NCBI GenBank assembly: GCA_045641325.1
Contig: JAZUGU010000100.1
Span: 1 to 48,697, forward strand
Direction: 5' to 3'
Origin: Candidatus Avispirillum sp.
Lineage (GTDB): Bacteria > Bacillota > Clostridia > Oscillospirales > CAG-272
Length of the DNA: 48,697 nucleotides
The position numbers were made by a program, and so were the translations under genes. Of the stretch, positions 1 through 10,500 are shown in pieces; position 1 is the stretch's first letter; each line of letters begins with the position of its first letter. Below the pieces are notes generated by a model. That model saw only the letters and a list, made by a program, of their open reading frames with translations, had not been told where the DNA came from and searched no databases.

Positions 1-2
1 CA

Positions 3-1421
3 ATTTCCGTATCCGCTGTCACAACTATCGGCACGGTAACGCTCAATATTCCCGAGCCAAAGGCCAACTACCGTCCCGCAACCTCTGCCGGAAACGACGT
101 TTTTTCAGCAACTCTTACCTGGACTGACGTTACCGACGGAACAACTCTGCCCTCGACGTCAGCTTTCGTTGCCGGACACGTATACAAAGTACGCGCAACA
201 CTTAAAATCATTGATTCTTCATACGCTTTCTCTTCATCCTTGAAGGTCGTAATCAACGGAACAACCGTAACCTATAACGCAAGCGGAAAATACTGTGAAT
301 ATACATTTGCGAAAATTCCCGGAACTGATCCCGGAAGTGACGTTATCACAATAGGCTCTGTTTCTCTTGATATTCCTGTTCCCAAATTAAATTATCTCCC
401 CAGTACGGACGTGGACTCTACCGTATTTGATGCCACTCTCACCTGGACCGATTTGACCACAGGCACCGTTATGGATACCACCAAGCCCTTCCAGGCAGGT
501 CACCAGTATAAGGTAAAAGTCGTTATCAAACCCGCTAGCTCGAAATATGCCTTTTCATCCTCTCTGACAGTTACCATCAACGGCGAAAAAGTGACTTATA
601 ATAAAACCGGAAGCTATTGTGAATACACTTTCCCCAAGCTTCCTGATGCCGATCCGGGAACAGACGTGACGACCATAGCTGCCGTAACAATGACCATCCC
701 CGAGCCGAAGGCTGATTTCTATCCCGGCGGAGTGATCGAATCCGGCGCTTTCAAAGCTACCCTTGTTTGGACTGACATAACCGACAATAAAGAGATCGAT
801 TCTGCAACACCTTTCTGCGCAGGACACCAGTATAAGGTCAAGATCGTCATCAAGCCCATAAGTTCAAAGTACGTGCTTGCCTCCGATCTTGAGGTGACCG
901 TCAACAATGAGGTCGTCCCGTATAACGCAAGCGGCAGTTATTGCACAGTCACTTTCCCGAAGATCCCCGACGCACCGAAAAAATATACGCTTACTATCGC
1001 CGTTACTGCCGCCGGCAGTAAGTTGGACGATACCAATATCACTCTGCTTTCCGGGACTGAAACGCTTATGTCCAATTCTTATGCAGGATCGAAGTTCAAC
1101 CTCAAGGTCGAGGGCCTTGTTGCAGGCGACTATACTGTCAAGGTGTCCAAAAAGGGATGCGTAGATGCCACCTATAAAGTAACCATTAAAGGCGACACGA
1201 CTCTTGAAGTGAATATCGAAGAGGAAAAGCCTCTGCTTCTCGGCGATGTCGACGGAGACGGTAAGGTAAATGCGGCAGACTATAATGCCTTCAAGAAAAT
1301 TGCACTCGGAATAGTGGCTCCCACTGCGGATCAGATGAAGACCGCTGATCTTAACGGAGACGGAAAGATCAATGCTGCGGATGCGAACATTCTGAAAAAG
1401 CTGATACTCGGAGTAATGTAA
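3..1421 (+). CDS. Dockerin-containing surface/secreted protein with tandem ~108-aa Ig-like repeats (5'-partial)
   Basis: Frame is open from position 3 (ISVSAVTTIGTVTLNIPEPK...), so the gene starts before the window and the ORF-track start at 240 is internal. It has three related ~108-aa repeats, a beta-sandwich-like module (YTLTIAVT...GDYTVKVSKKGC...), then a duplicated Ca-binding dockerin (GDVDGDGKVNAAD...ADLNGDGKINAAD). Confidence 0.85.
   Translation: MSVSAVTTIGTVTLNIPEPKANYRPATSAGNDVFSATLTWTDVTDGTTLPSTSAFVAGHVYKVRATLKIIDSSYAFSSSLKVVINGTTVTYNASGKYCEYTFAKIPGTDPGSDVITIGSVSLDIPVPKLNYLPSTDVDSTVFDATLTWTDLTTGTVMDTTKPFQAGHQYKVKVVIKPASSKYAFSSSLTVTINGEKVTYNKTGSYCEYTFPKLPDADPGTDVTTIAAVTMTIPEPKADFYPGGVIESGAFKATLVWTDITDNKEIDSATPFCAGHQYKVKIVIKPISSKYVLASDLEVTVNNEVVPYNASGSYCTVTFPKIPDAPKKYTLTIAVTAAGSKLDDTNITLLSGTETLMSNSYAGSKFNLKVEGLVAGDYTVKVSKKGCVDATYKVTIKGDTTLEVNIEEEKPLLLGDVDGDGKVNAADYNAFKKIALGIVAPTADQMKTADLNGDGKINAADANILKKLILGVM
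18..975 (+). repeat. Three tandem ~324-nt (108-aa) coding repeats
   Basis: VTTIGTVTLNIPEPK (18), VITIGSVSLDIPVPK (342) and VTTIAAVTMTIPEPK (666) recur every 324 nt. Each unit has TLxWTD, AGHxYKV and vNG..V.YNxsGxYCxxTFxKxP. Confidence 0.85.
1239..1418 (+). other. Dockerin domain
   Basis: Two F-hand loops, DVDGDGKVNAAD and DLNGDGKINAAD, each followed by a helix with KK at positions 17/18. Confidence 0.85.
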
Positions 1422-1426
1422 ATCTG

Positions 1427-1458
1427 AATAAGCGCCCGATAATGGCGCTTATTTTTTT
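1427..1458 (+). terminator. Intrinsic terminator after the dockerin gene
   Basis: aataagcgcc-cgataat-ggcgcttatt stem-loop followed by a T-run. Confidence 0.85.
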
Positions 1459-1476
1459 GTAAAATTCGGTATTTTA

Positions 1477-1505
1477 TTGAAAAATAAACCCCGATATGAT
1501 ATAAT
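1477..1505 (+). promoter_or_regulatory. Sigma-A-type promoter of the giant surface-protein gene
   Basis: TTGAAA (1477-1482), 17-bp spacer, TATAAT (1500-1505) with a TGn extended -10. RBS AGGAG at 1534-1538. Confidence 0.8.
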
Positions 1506-1544
1506 TAATATGTATATTTGTAACAAAATCATCAGGAGAGAATC

Positions 1545-4500
1545 ATGCTTAAAAGATCACTTGCGCTTGTACTGACGTTAGTACTGATACTTACATCGCT
1601 TCCCGTGAATGCAATAGCCGCATCCAAGGGTAATAACAGTATCATTTCCGACGCCGGTCAGAATCCCGCAAACCTTCCCGTTTCGCAGGAGGATATCGTC
1701 CTGAAACCCGAGAATGCGGAGATCGACTATGACGAAAAGTGGAATAAGCTGTATCCTTACGGCACCTTCGCTTTCGCCGATGCCGGATCTACCATATGTG
1801 AGGGAGCAAAAGACGGCAGCAATACCGCCTTTATTCCCGTTTACCGTATCGGCGGCACAGACGGCACGGCAACGGTAATAGTCAAATATTCCCCTACCGT
1901 ATATGCCATTGATGAAAATCATACGTCATTTTCATGGGCAATTTCTTCAGAGGACGATATAGAGCTTTCCTATGAGAAAGCAAGTCCTCTGACCGATTAT
2001 CAGAAAATTTCCATGCCGGAAATCGTGCCCGCACCTGCAGGTGCCGAGATCGGTGCCGACGTTTATGACGGTGAGGGCGCCGAGAACAGCGAAAAGCCTG
2101 TTAAGCTGTATCCGGTCTTTCCGGAAGGCAAGGAAGTGAAATGCATAGATTATCAGTGGCAGTATCATATAAACGGATATTCCGAAAGAGACTGGGTGTC
2201 TCTGGATAACGCAAAAGATCCTGCGCTTATTATCGATCTCTGTGATATTTCCGATGATAACGGCGACCCCATGTACGATTACCGTCTTATCTATCAGACC
2301 GAAGACGGTTATTTCTGCACGCCCTCCCTGTTTGACGGAAAAACGTTTGATCCCTCCTCTTATGATGCTCTTGATGTTCCCGATGATATCGACCTTACCG
2401 ATAACGGTGAATTCGAAAAGCTTGTGCCCTCCGAAAAGTTCGCCGGATACGAGTTCCCCATAACCTTCGGTGACGGCGAATGGGTAAAATATATAAAGGC
2501 AACCGCTCTCGATAACAGCGAATATGAGCTGGACGAAATGGGCGTGTTCACTCTCTATGAATGCATCGGCGGTCAGACGTCTGATTTGTGTAATACTTAT
2601 ACGATCACGATCAGCGACGATGACGATAACGACATAAGAGAGTCAACTATCGGTTTTGAAACTTCAAAAATCAGCGTTTCCGCAGATGAAGACAGTGTAA
2701 TGCTCGAAGTAAAAAGGACCGGAGACCTGAGATATATGACCACCGTGTCGTATACCACCGAGGATGGCACCGCCAAAGCCGGCAAGCAGTATGCACAGGT
2801 GTCCGGCGATCTCATGTTCGGTCCCGATAACGATACCGAGACAATCGAGATCCCTCTTATATCTGGTGACAGCAGAACGGAAGAAATGACCTTCTCCGTT
2901 TCTCTCTCCGCCGTCCGCGGCGGAAACGGTGCGTGCACCGTTTCCGAAACTGCAGGCAAGGCAGAAATCACCCTGCCTTCGACCGCAAAATCCATCAATA
3001 CAAGACAGTACGGAATGCTTGGCGCAGGGAATAATATATCCTCCGTCCTTGCAATGCCGGAAAATGCTGAATTCATAGAGTCCGAAGAAAGCGAAACTCC
3101 TCTCCTTTATGACGGTTCACTTGAAGGCTCCGTTTCCTCTCCCGATGACGACATCGAGCTTATCGAGGCAGCAGGTATTAAAGAAGGAAGCTTCGGAATA
3201 TATGACTATGACGCAGTAAGCCTCCGCAGAACTGCCGATTATGCGAACAGCTCGATATACTGGAAAAACAACGAAACTCCTTATTACAGCGACCCCGCGT
3301 CTTCCGTAAACGATTCGGTAAATTACATACTTCGCGGTGCGACCTTCAATGACAAGGGCGAGCTCAAGCCCAAGTCCGACGGTCTCGGCATCCTCAGCGC
3401 AAACTACGATACAAAGACCCCCGCCGCACTCGATATAAAGAATGCGGGATATCTTTTCTCGCACGTTCAGTATAAGTTCGACGTCACAAAAGTGGCGACC
3501 TGCGGACAGTTCCTCGGTATAGGCTATAACTATACCATGCCCTGGCTCAACGTAAAGATCGGCCAGAATAAAACGTTCTGTGATTTTGACCCGCAGGACA
3601 GCGAAAGCCATCCTCTCAAAAAGATGTCTTTCTCCAATGAGCAGGATCTCTCATTTGCTCCCGAGGATTTTCATATCGATATGAATATGACTCTGAACGA
3701 CGCAGGTGAAGATTCCACAAAGCATGAAAGCTTCGTATACGTTCCGGGTGGCAAGACCGTGCTTCAGCTCAGCGATCTTGATTTCACCCGCCGTCAGATG
3801 ACGGGAACTGCGAACATCGCTCTGCGCATATTTACCGCCAACGACGATGATTCCGATAACTACGTTCTCGCAAAAGAGGTTTATAATTCTCTCCGTCCCA
3901 AGGTGACCCTCGTGCCCGGTGCATCCGGCGTAACCGAGGAGGGCTTCCTCTATGCGGGCTCCCGCATCTGCGTAACACTCGGATATGCGGCTTCTTTCCG
4001 CGCATATAACAAGGGCGAAAACCCCGACAAAACTGTTTTCGTAACAAGACTTGACGGCACAGCCGTTCCCGCATCGGTGGAATCCTCTGACGGAAACAGC
4101 TATTATATAACCTTCCTCTGGGATAATATCACGGAGGCGGATCTTGCCGCAGAATACCGTATCAACGTTGTATACGAAAGAGCGCAGAATATCTCCTTTG
4201 ATATTTCTCCGTCCCTTGAGCGTGACCAGGCAGGAAATGTGCGCACCGATGCCGAAAGCGTCGGCCACAGCTGGGAAAACGTGTTTAAAAACGGCTCGAA
4301 AGAAACGACCGTAAAGGTAACTTACAGTAAATACGATCCCACCGCCGGAACTGACAGCGGCTTTGTAACGAAAGAACTGTCCATGCCTTTTTCCGAGATC
4401 ATTGCCGATACTTCAACCCCGAAGGGCGTGATCTCCGCTAAAGATACAGGCGTCACGAATATTCAGTCCGTCAATTTCGGACTTCCCACGGCAGATGTTA

Positions 4501-7500
4501 TCCTCTTCAACGGCGAACAGTACGCCGGTGACGAAACCATCCTTCTGTGCGCCGCAGAGCTGACAATGCCGGAGCTTACGTTCACCTTCTACGATGAGCA
4601 GTACCTCAACGTGGAAAATATCATGAATCTTTCCATCTCCCATAAGGAGCTGTACTGCGATACCAATGCAAACGGAAAGATCGACGGTTATTACGACCAG
4701 GCATCGGGACTCTTTATCCTTGATGAAAAATCGGGCGATACCTTCTGCGGAATCGTCGGAAACGAAATCCCGGATGACGTGCTCCAGCCCATGATAAATA
4801 TAAAGGGCAACGTGGCACAGTACTTCTTCAAGGTGTACTATACCATGACACCCCGTGCTCTCCGTGACGGAGAGGGAACAGCGCAGATAATCCCCGCATT
4901 CGTTCCCCAGAACACGGATGCCGTGTCGCTTTCAAAGCTGACGTACGAACAGAAGAGCTACCGTATGATAAAAGCCGGAGCTACTGAAATAGCCCCGTTC
5001 GATAAGAGCACCGGAGAGAGAGGGAAGGCTTATTCCGTTCCCGATACCTCCGAGGGACACGCTATGTTCGGAGCGGCCGCAACAAAGCAGACCACCCTCG
5101 ATATCCCGCTCGGCGGTGACGTACGTTCCTTCAGAAAGGTTAAGATCAACGGCATCGAAAAAGCTCTCGACCTGCCCGATTATGCAGGAAATCTCAAATT
5201 CGGATTTGCCGATCCCGAAACCTTTGTTATAACGAACCTTAACGGTGATTCCGAAGAGATCACCGACGTAAACGGATATCTTGGCTCATTTATCAATAAC
5301 ACCTCGTTCGTTGTAGGTGTCCAGGAAACCCGGGAGATGAAGAGTCAGGACGACTTCAACGCCGAATCCGTAACCAACGGTGACGTGTACGCCGTCCCCG
5401 CAAGTAATACTGCGGCAATAGCAGGCGCAACAAAGGACCAGGATGCGACGGTAAACGTGGGCGGTACCGCCAATATGGCAACGGAGCTTGCCGATCTCGA
5501 TACCGAACTGCTTCTGCCCACCATGTCGCTCAGCGCCCTGGGCGTATCGGCAAACTACCTCAATAACAATCAGTTGTTGGTCTCCTTCGGATTGACTCTG
5601 TTCCAGACCGATTTTCTGAAAAAGGATACCCCCACCGAAACGAAAACCGAGGTTGAGGGTGACGAAAAGAAAACCACCGAGACCGAGAAAAAGGAAGACG
5701 GCACCGTTGAAAAGGAAACGGTGACGAATAAGGATAATAAATCCGTCATTTCCGAACAGACCACCGTAAAAAAAGAGACCACGGTCTCCGACGGCGAAAA
5801 GGAATCGGTAATAGAGCAGTCCTTCACCCAAAAGGAAAACAAGGACGGAAGCAAGGAAGCTTCCATATTGATCGAGGATAAGACTACCGGCGATAAGCTG
5901 GAGATCAAGGATGAGGCAAAGGCAGGAGAAGAGCTTGAAGTTCTCGGCGAGGGCTTTGAGAAGAAAGTGCAGACCGAAAAGTCCGGCTATTTCTCCGATT
6001 ATCTTAAGAAAAGCCTGGCCAATTCCTTTGACCTTGCCGACTATATCGATGCAATAAAGGAATACAGAAAGAACAAGACCACTCCCTTTGACGAAATCCG
6101 GAATTTCGATAAGGCAAGCAATAAGTGGAAAAAGTCCTTCACGTTCACTCTGATCCTTCAGGCATATGCTGTCTTCGAGTATAATCCCCTTGAGGGCGGA
6201 TGGGGCATTGCCGCCGCAAACGCATCGCTGACCGGCGTGCTGGCATTCAGCGCAAAGGTGCGCATTCCCGTGGCGCCTCTGTTCTATTTCTTCGTCAACG
6301 TGACGATCACCGTAAGTGCCGGCGCTGACTGGGAATTTGCAAACGATTATAAAACCGTCGACGAGATCGTGCCCGACGGCATGACCGCATCCGAAACATA
6401 CAGCCTCGCAAATACCGGCGACAGTATCCTGTTTGAGGTGGATACAAATAAAAACGATGCCGACGGCTTCAGAATGAAGCTGAACGGTAAAGCGTATATG
6501 AAAGTCAGCACCGATCCGGATTTCGATGAGCTTGCTCTGAAGGGAACTCTCAATTCTGACGGAACTGACTATACCGACGTAAATCTCGAAGATTACGGCA
6601 GTCACCTGTACGTACTTCTCACCGCTAAGGAAGACGGTGTCAGCATAAGCGAGCTGAACACGGTCAAGTGTTCTCTTGAATCAAGCATAGATAACGGAAG
6701 CCTTTATGCGGAATTCAATTTTGAAATAGGCCTCGGTGCAGGTATTGACCTTGCAAAAGCCGAAGCATATTTCAGGATCAATGCCAAAGCGACATTGCCT
6801 TTCAGACCTACGCTGTTCGTAGATAATTTCACTCTCCACGGCGCCGTATCATTCAGAATAAGACTTCTTATGTTTGAATTCTCCATGTCCCTTGTCGGAG
6901 TGACCTTTACCGGAAGCAGAGAAAACGGTTACGGCTCACCTATGGAGTATAACACCTATTTCGAAAAATTCGGTGACAAAGAAAGATTAAACAGCACCGC
7001 GGATGAAGTGGCAGTCGGTGTAAGCGCACCCACCTCTTCCGCATCCACCCAGGAACTCTTCGCATCCTATACTCCCAGAGAGGGCGAAAATGCATTCCAT
7101 CCCACGGATACGGACGTAAAATTCGAGCTTTCCGGATATTCCGGAACGGGTGATGCCTTCAAGCTGGCAGATCATCTCAACGGCGGCTATACCTATAAAG
7201 GCATCGAGTATAACGGCGAGACCTATATCCTTTATATGATAAGCGACCCCAGATGCAGAGATAACACACTCAACGCATCGAGACTTGTTCTCAGTAAGGT
7301 CGTAACAATAGGCGAAAATCCCGGTATACAGAATCCCTTCGATGAGAACTCCGATACACCGTATGTCATGGTGGATTCCCAGAGCGATCCTCTGCTTCGC
7401 ACCGGTGACCTCTCGTTTGACTGTACCGTCAAGGACGGAAAGCTGACGGTAGTATATACCTGCTATGATACTCACTTCACCTCCTCGGATGTTCTTTCCG

Positions 7501-10500
7501 TTGAGGATGCAGGAAAGCATACAGTAGTAAAGAAAACGTCAGTCGACCTGTCCGATCCCGCATCTGCAGCATTTGAGACTCCCGTGAAGCTTACGGGCCA
7601 TGCGGAAACGTATCGCTTTATGCCCGTTTCCACCGAGAGCACAGTATTCTACGGCGAAACCGTAAATGATACAACAGTATCACAGCGTGATGCCGACCTG
7701 CGTGCCTACATGAAAGCAGTATACGGTATAAACGATGAAGACTATACCGATAAGGACGTTGACGCTTCAAAGGCGCAGATGGTATACCGTTACCTCACAC
7801 AGAAGGCACAGAGAGACCTTTTGGGTGATTCCAGCAGGATCGCCGCCGTCAAAGAGGACGGAACCGTTGTCAATTCCGATTTCGGAACAAAGAGCGGTGA
7901 AATACTGACACAGCTCAAAGCCGTGAAGATCGACAGCAGATATGCAGTATTCTACATAACCGAGCAGGATGCATATTTCGGCCCTGACGGAAAGACACAG
8001 ACCGCAGACCAGTTCGATGAAAATACCGATTATGCCGTCATAACACGTCTGTATATGAACGTGTTCAACGGCACCATCTGGCATACGGCAAAGCTCTTAA
8101 GACAGACGGTCAATTTCGAGCATTTCACTTCATCCAGCTCCGACGATTGCATGCTGCGTGACGGAGTTTACGAAAACGGCTCACTTGTGAGAGAAGTGGT
8201 CGATCCCTCCATCAGCAATATCGCATTCCTTTCCGCCGATCTTGACGGCGAAGGCGTCAAGCCCGTATTCACGGTGGAGATGGACGATAATACCTACCTC
8301 ATAAACAATGAGAACATCCTCCGTCTCGTGAACGGCAGGACCTATACCATGCAGCCCATATTCTCGGCCGAAACGGGCACGGGCCTTACCATTGCCGCAG
8401 ATAAGAACGGTAATATGGCAATGGCATACATAAAGGTCATGGACGGCACGGACAGTAACGCCGTGTACTGTGCATGGTGGGATAAAGAACTCGGAACGTG
8501 GGGAGAGGGCAGTATCCTTGCCATGAACCACCTGTCCGTGTACGAGAATTCCGTAAAATACAGACTTTCCGCAGAGCAGCTTGAAAAAGCTTATCTGGGC
8601 GATCCCACCGGCAATGCGGAATACGATGAATACACAAACGGCGAAAACAGCGAAAAGGGAGCGCTTGACAGATTCGTATTCTCAAGAATACAGATGCTCC
8701 CCTCCACTCAGACCTATAAATTCGGAGACGGAAGAACCGAGGAGAGGGAACAGCTCATCCTTCTGACGGACGGTACTTATTCCGAACTGGAAAAAGGCAC
8801 CCACGAGGTAGACGGCGAAGAGGAAGAGTATCTCTACGAGAGCGAGAATTACGGAAACGGATTCTATGCGATCTCCTTCGGCAGCGGCGAACAGGCTGTG
8901 GGCAATGCATCGGTAGAATTTGATTCCGGCAATTTCTCCTGCGGAACCGTTCTCACCGGTACCGCGTCGTTCACAAATATCGGCAGCGCCGCTATCAGAG
9001 GCTCAGCCGACCAGCCCGTATCCGTAAAACTCATCGCGGTGAGCGATGACACGGGATACTATCAGGTGCTGGATGAGTTCAACGTGAACTATATGATCCC
9101 CTCCGGCAGTACCGTGTCGCTCGATTTCAGCACACAGCCTCTGCAGGAGAATCTCCCCTCTGGTACTGAATTCGTTCTGTACATCAGCGAGGATGCCGAG
9201 TATATTTCCGGCTCCGGCGGCACGGCATTCAGCTCCGTGACAGATCCGCTCTATACTATCCGCGGCGGTGCCGATATCGGTATCGAATCTCTGGAATATG
9301 AGCTGATCTCCATGGACGATGATTTCGTTACCGTAGGCACGGAATTCGTCGTAGTCAACAGAGGAAATGAAACTGCTGACGGACTTTTCGTTCAGTACAG
9401 CGCAGTGGAGAATAAGGGCGATGAAAGCGAAAAGCTTTACCCGCTGGATCTCACGGGCAGCGAACTCCGTGTCAGCAACGAGACCGTTATCACCGAAAAT
9501 TATTCAAATGACGTGACAAACGATATCGGTGCCGGTGTCATAGCACTTGTCGATGAAAACGGAGACGATCACCTGTCAAGCGGATATATGCGTACCGTCA
9601 CCGGAACTCTGAAAATAGCAAGAGATGACTTCTCACGCTTCGGTGATAAGGGACTTGACCTTCGCTGCACGCTGTATTCCGACAGCGATAACTTCACCGT
9701 AAATAACGATCAGTACGAGAAACTCGGCACAAAAGAAACGGCGAGATCCGATAATGCGGTGACAAAGCTTCTGTCCCACGATACCAGCTTCTCGGTGCCC
9801 AGCAATATTTCCATGAACCTGGATAATACTCTGCGTGTGCCGATAGCATTCACCTCCACAAACGTAGATAATGACGTGGTCATCAGAGAGATCACGGACG
9901 GAAGCGAATCATGGACGTCTCTTTTCAACGACGTGTATTTCGATGTTTCTCATAAGTCGGTTGTCGCAACTGCGAGAAAGACCGGACATACCATAATCCA
10001 GATTGAGGACAGAGAGACCAACTCGTTCCGTGAAATCGCGGTAACTGTCAAGAACGACGGCTACGGCATCAATATATTCAATGACGATAATTCGTTCACG
10101 TTCATGAACGCAGACGGATCCGATGTAAAGGACGATCCCATCCATGCCGATTGGGACTTCCGCTCCGATACGAAAACGTGGAGCGGCGACTATAACGTCC
10201 CCATGTCGGAGGACTATTGCTATGCCAATAAGGCCGGCGCATCAGTATCGTTCGAAACCGTCGGAACGACACTTACCGTACATTACAGCGGTAAGATCGA
10301 GGTCACATCCGACCTGTATCCCGATAAGGTGTTCACGGGTGATAACACAGGTAAAACCGATGAGCCTCTCGTGATCCGCTTTGATAACCTTGACGGTAAG
10401 CGTCAGACGGTAACTATCAAAGCACTCACCGAAGGCACGGAGCTTGATAAATATACCGCGGCGTATCCCGAGGATACGGGCGTTATCACCAAGTCTGATA

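Noticed and set aside
1511-1529. tttgtaacaaa palindrome / WalR-like half-sites downstream of the giant-gene promoter
   Set aside because: Only 5-bp arms, and half-site spacing is 2 rather than 5; not distinguishable from chance.
5286-6605. 439-aa antisense ORF rich in Phe/Leu (looks membrane-like)
   Set aside because: The hydrophobicity is the mirror of the Lys/Glu (AAA/GAA) codons on the sense strand.
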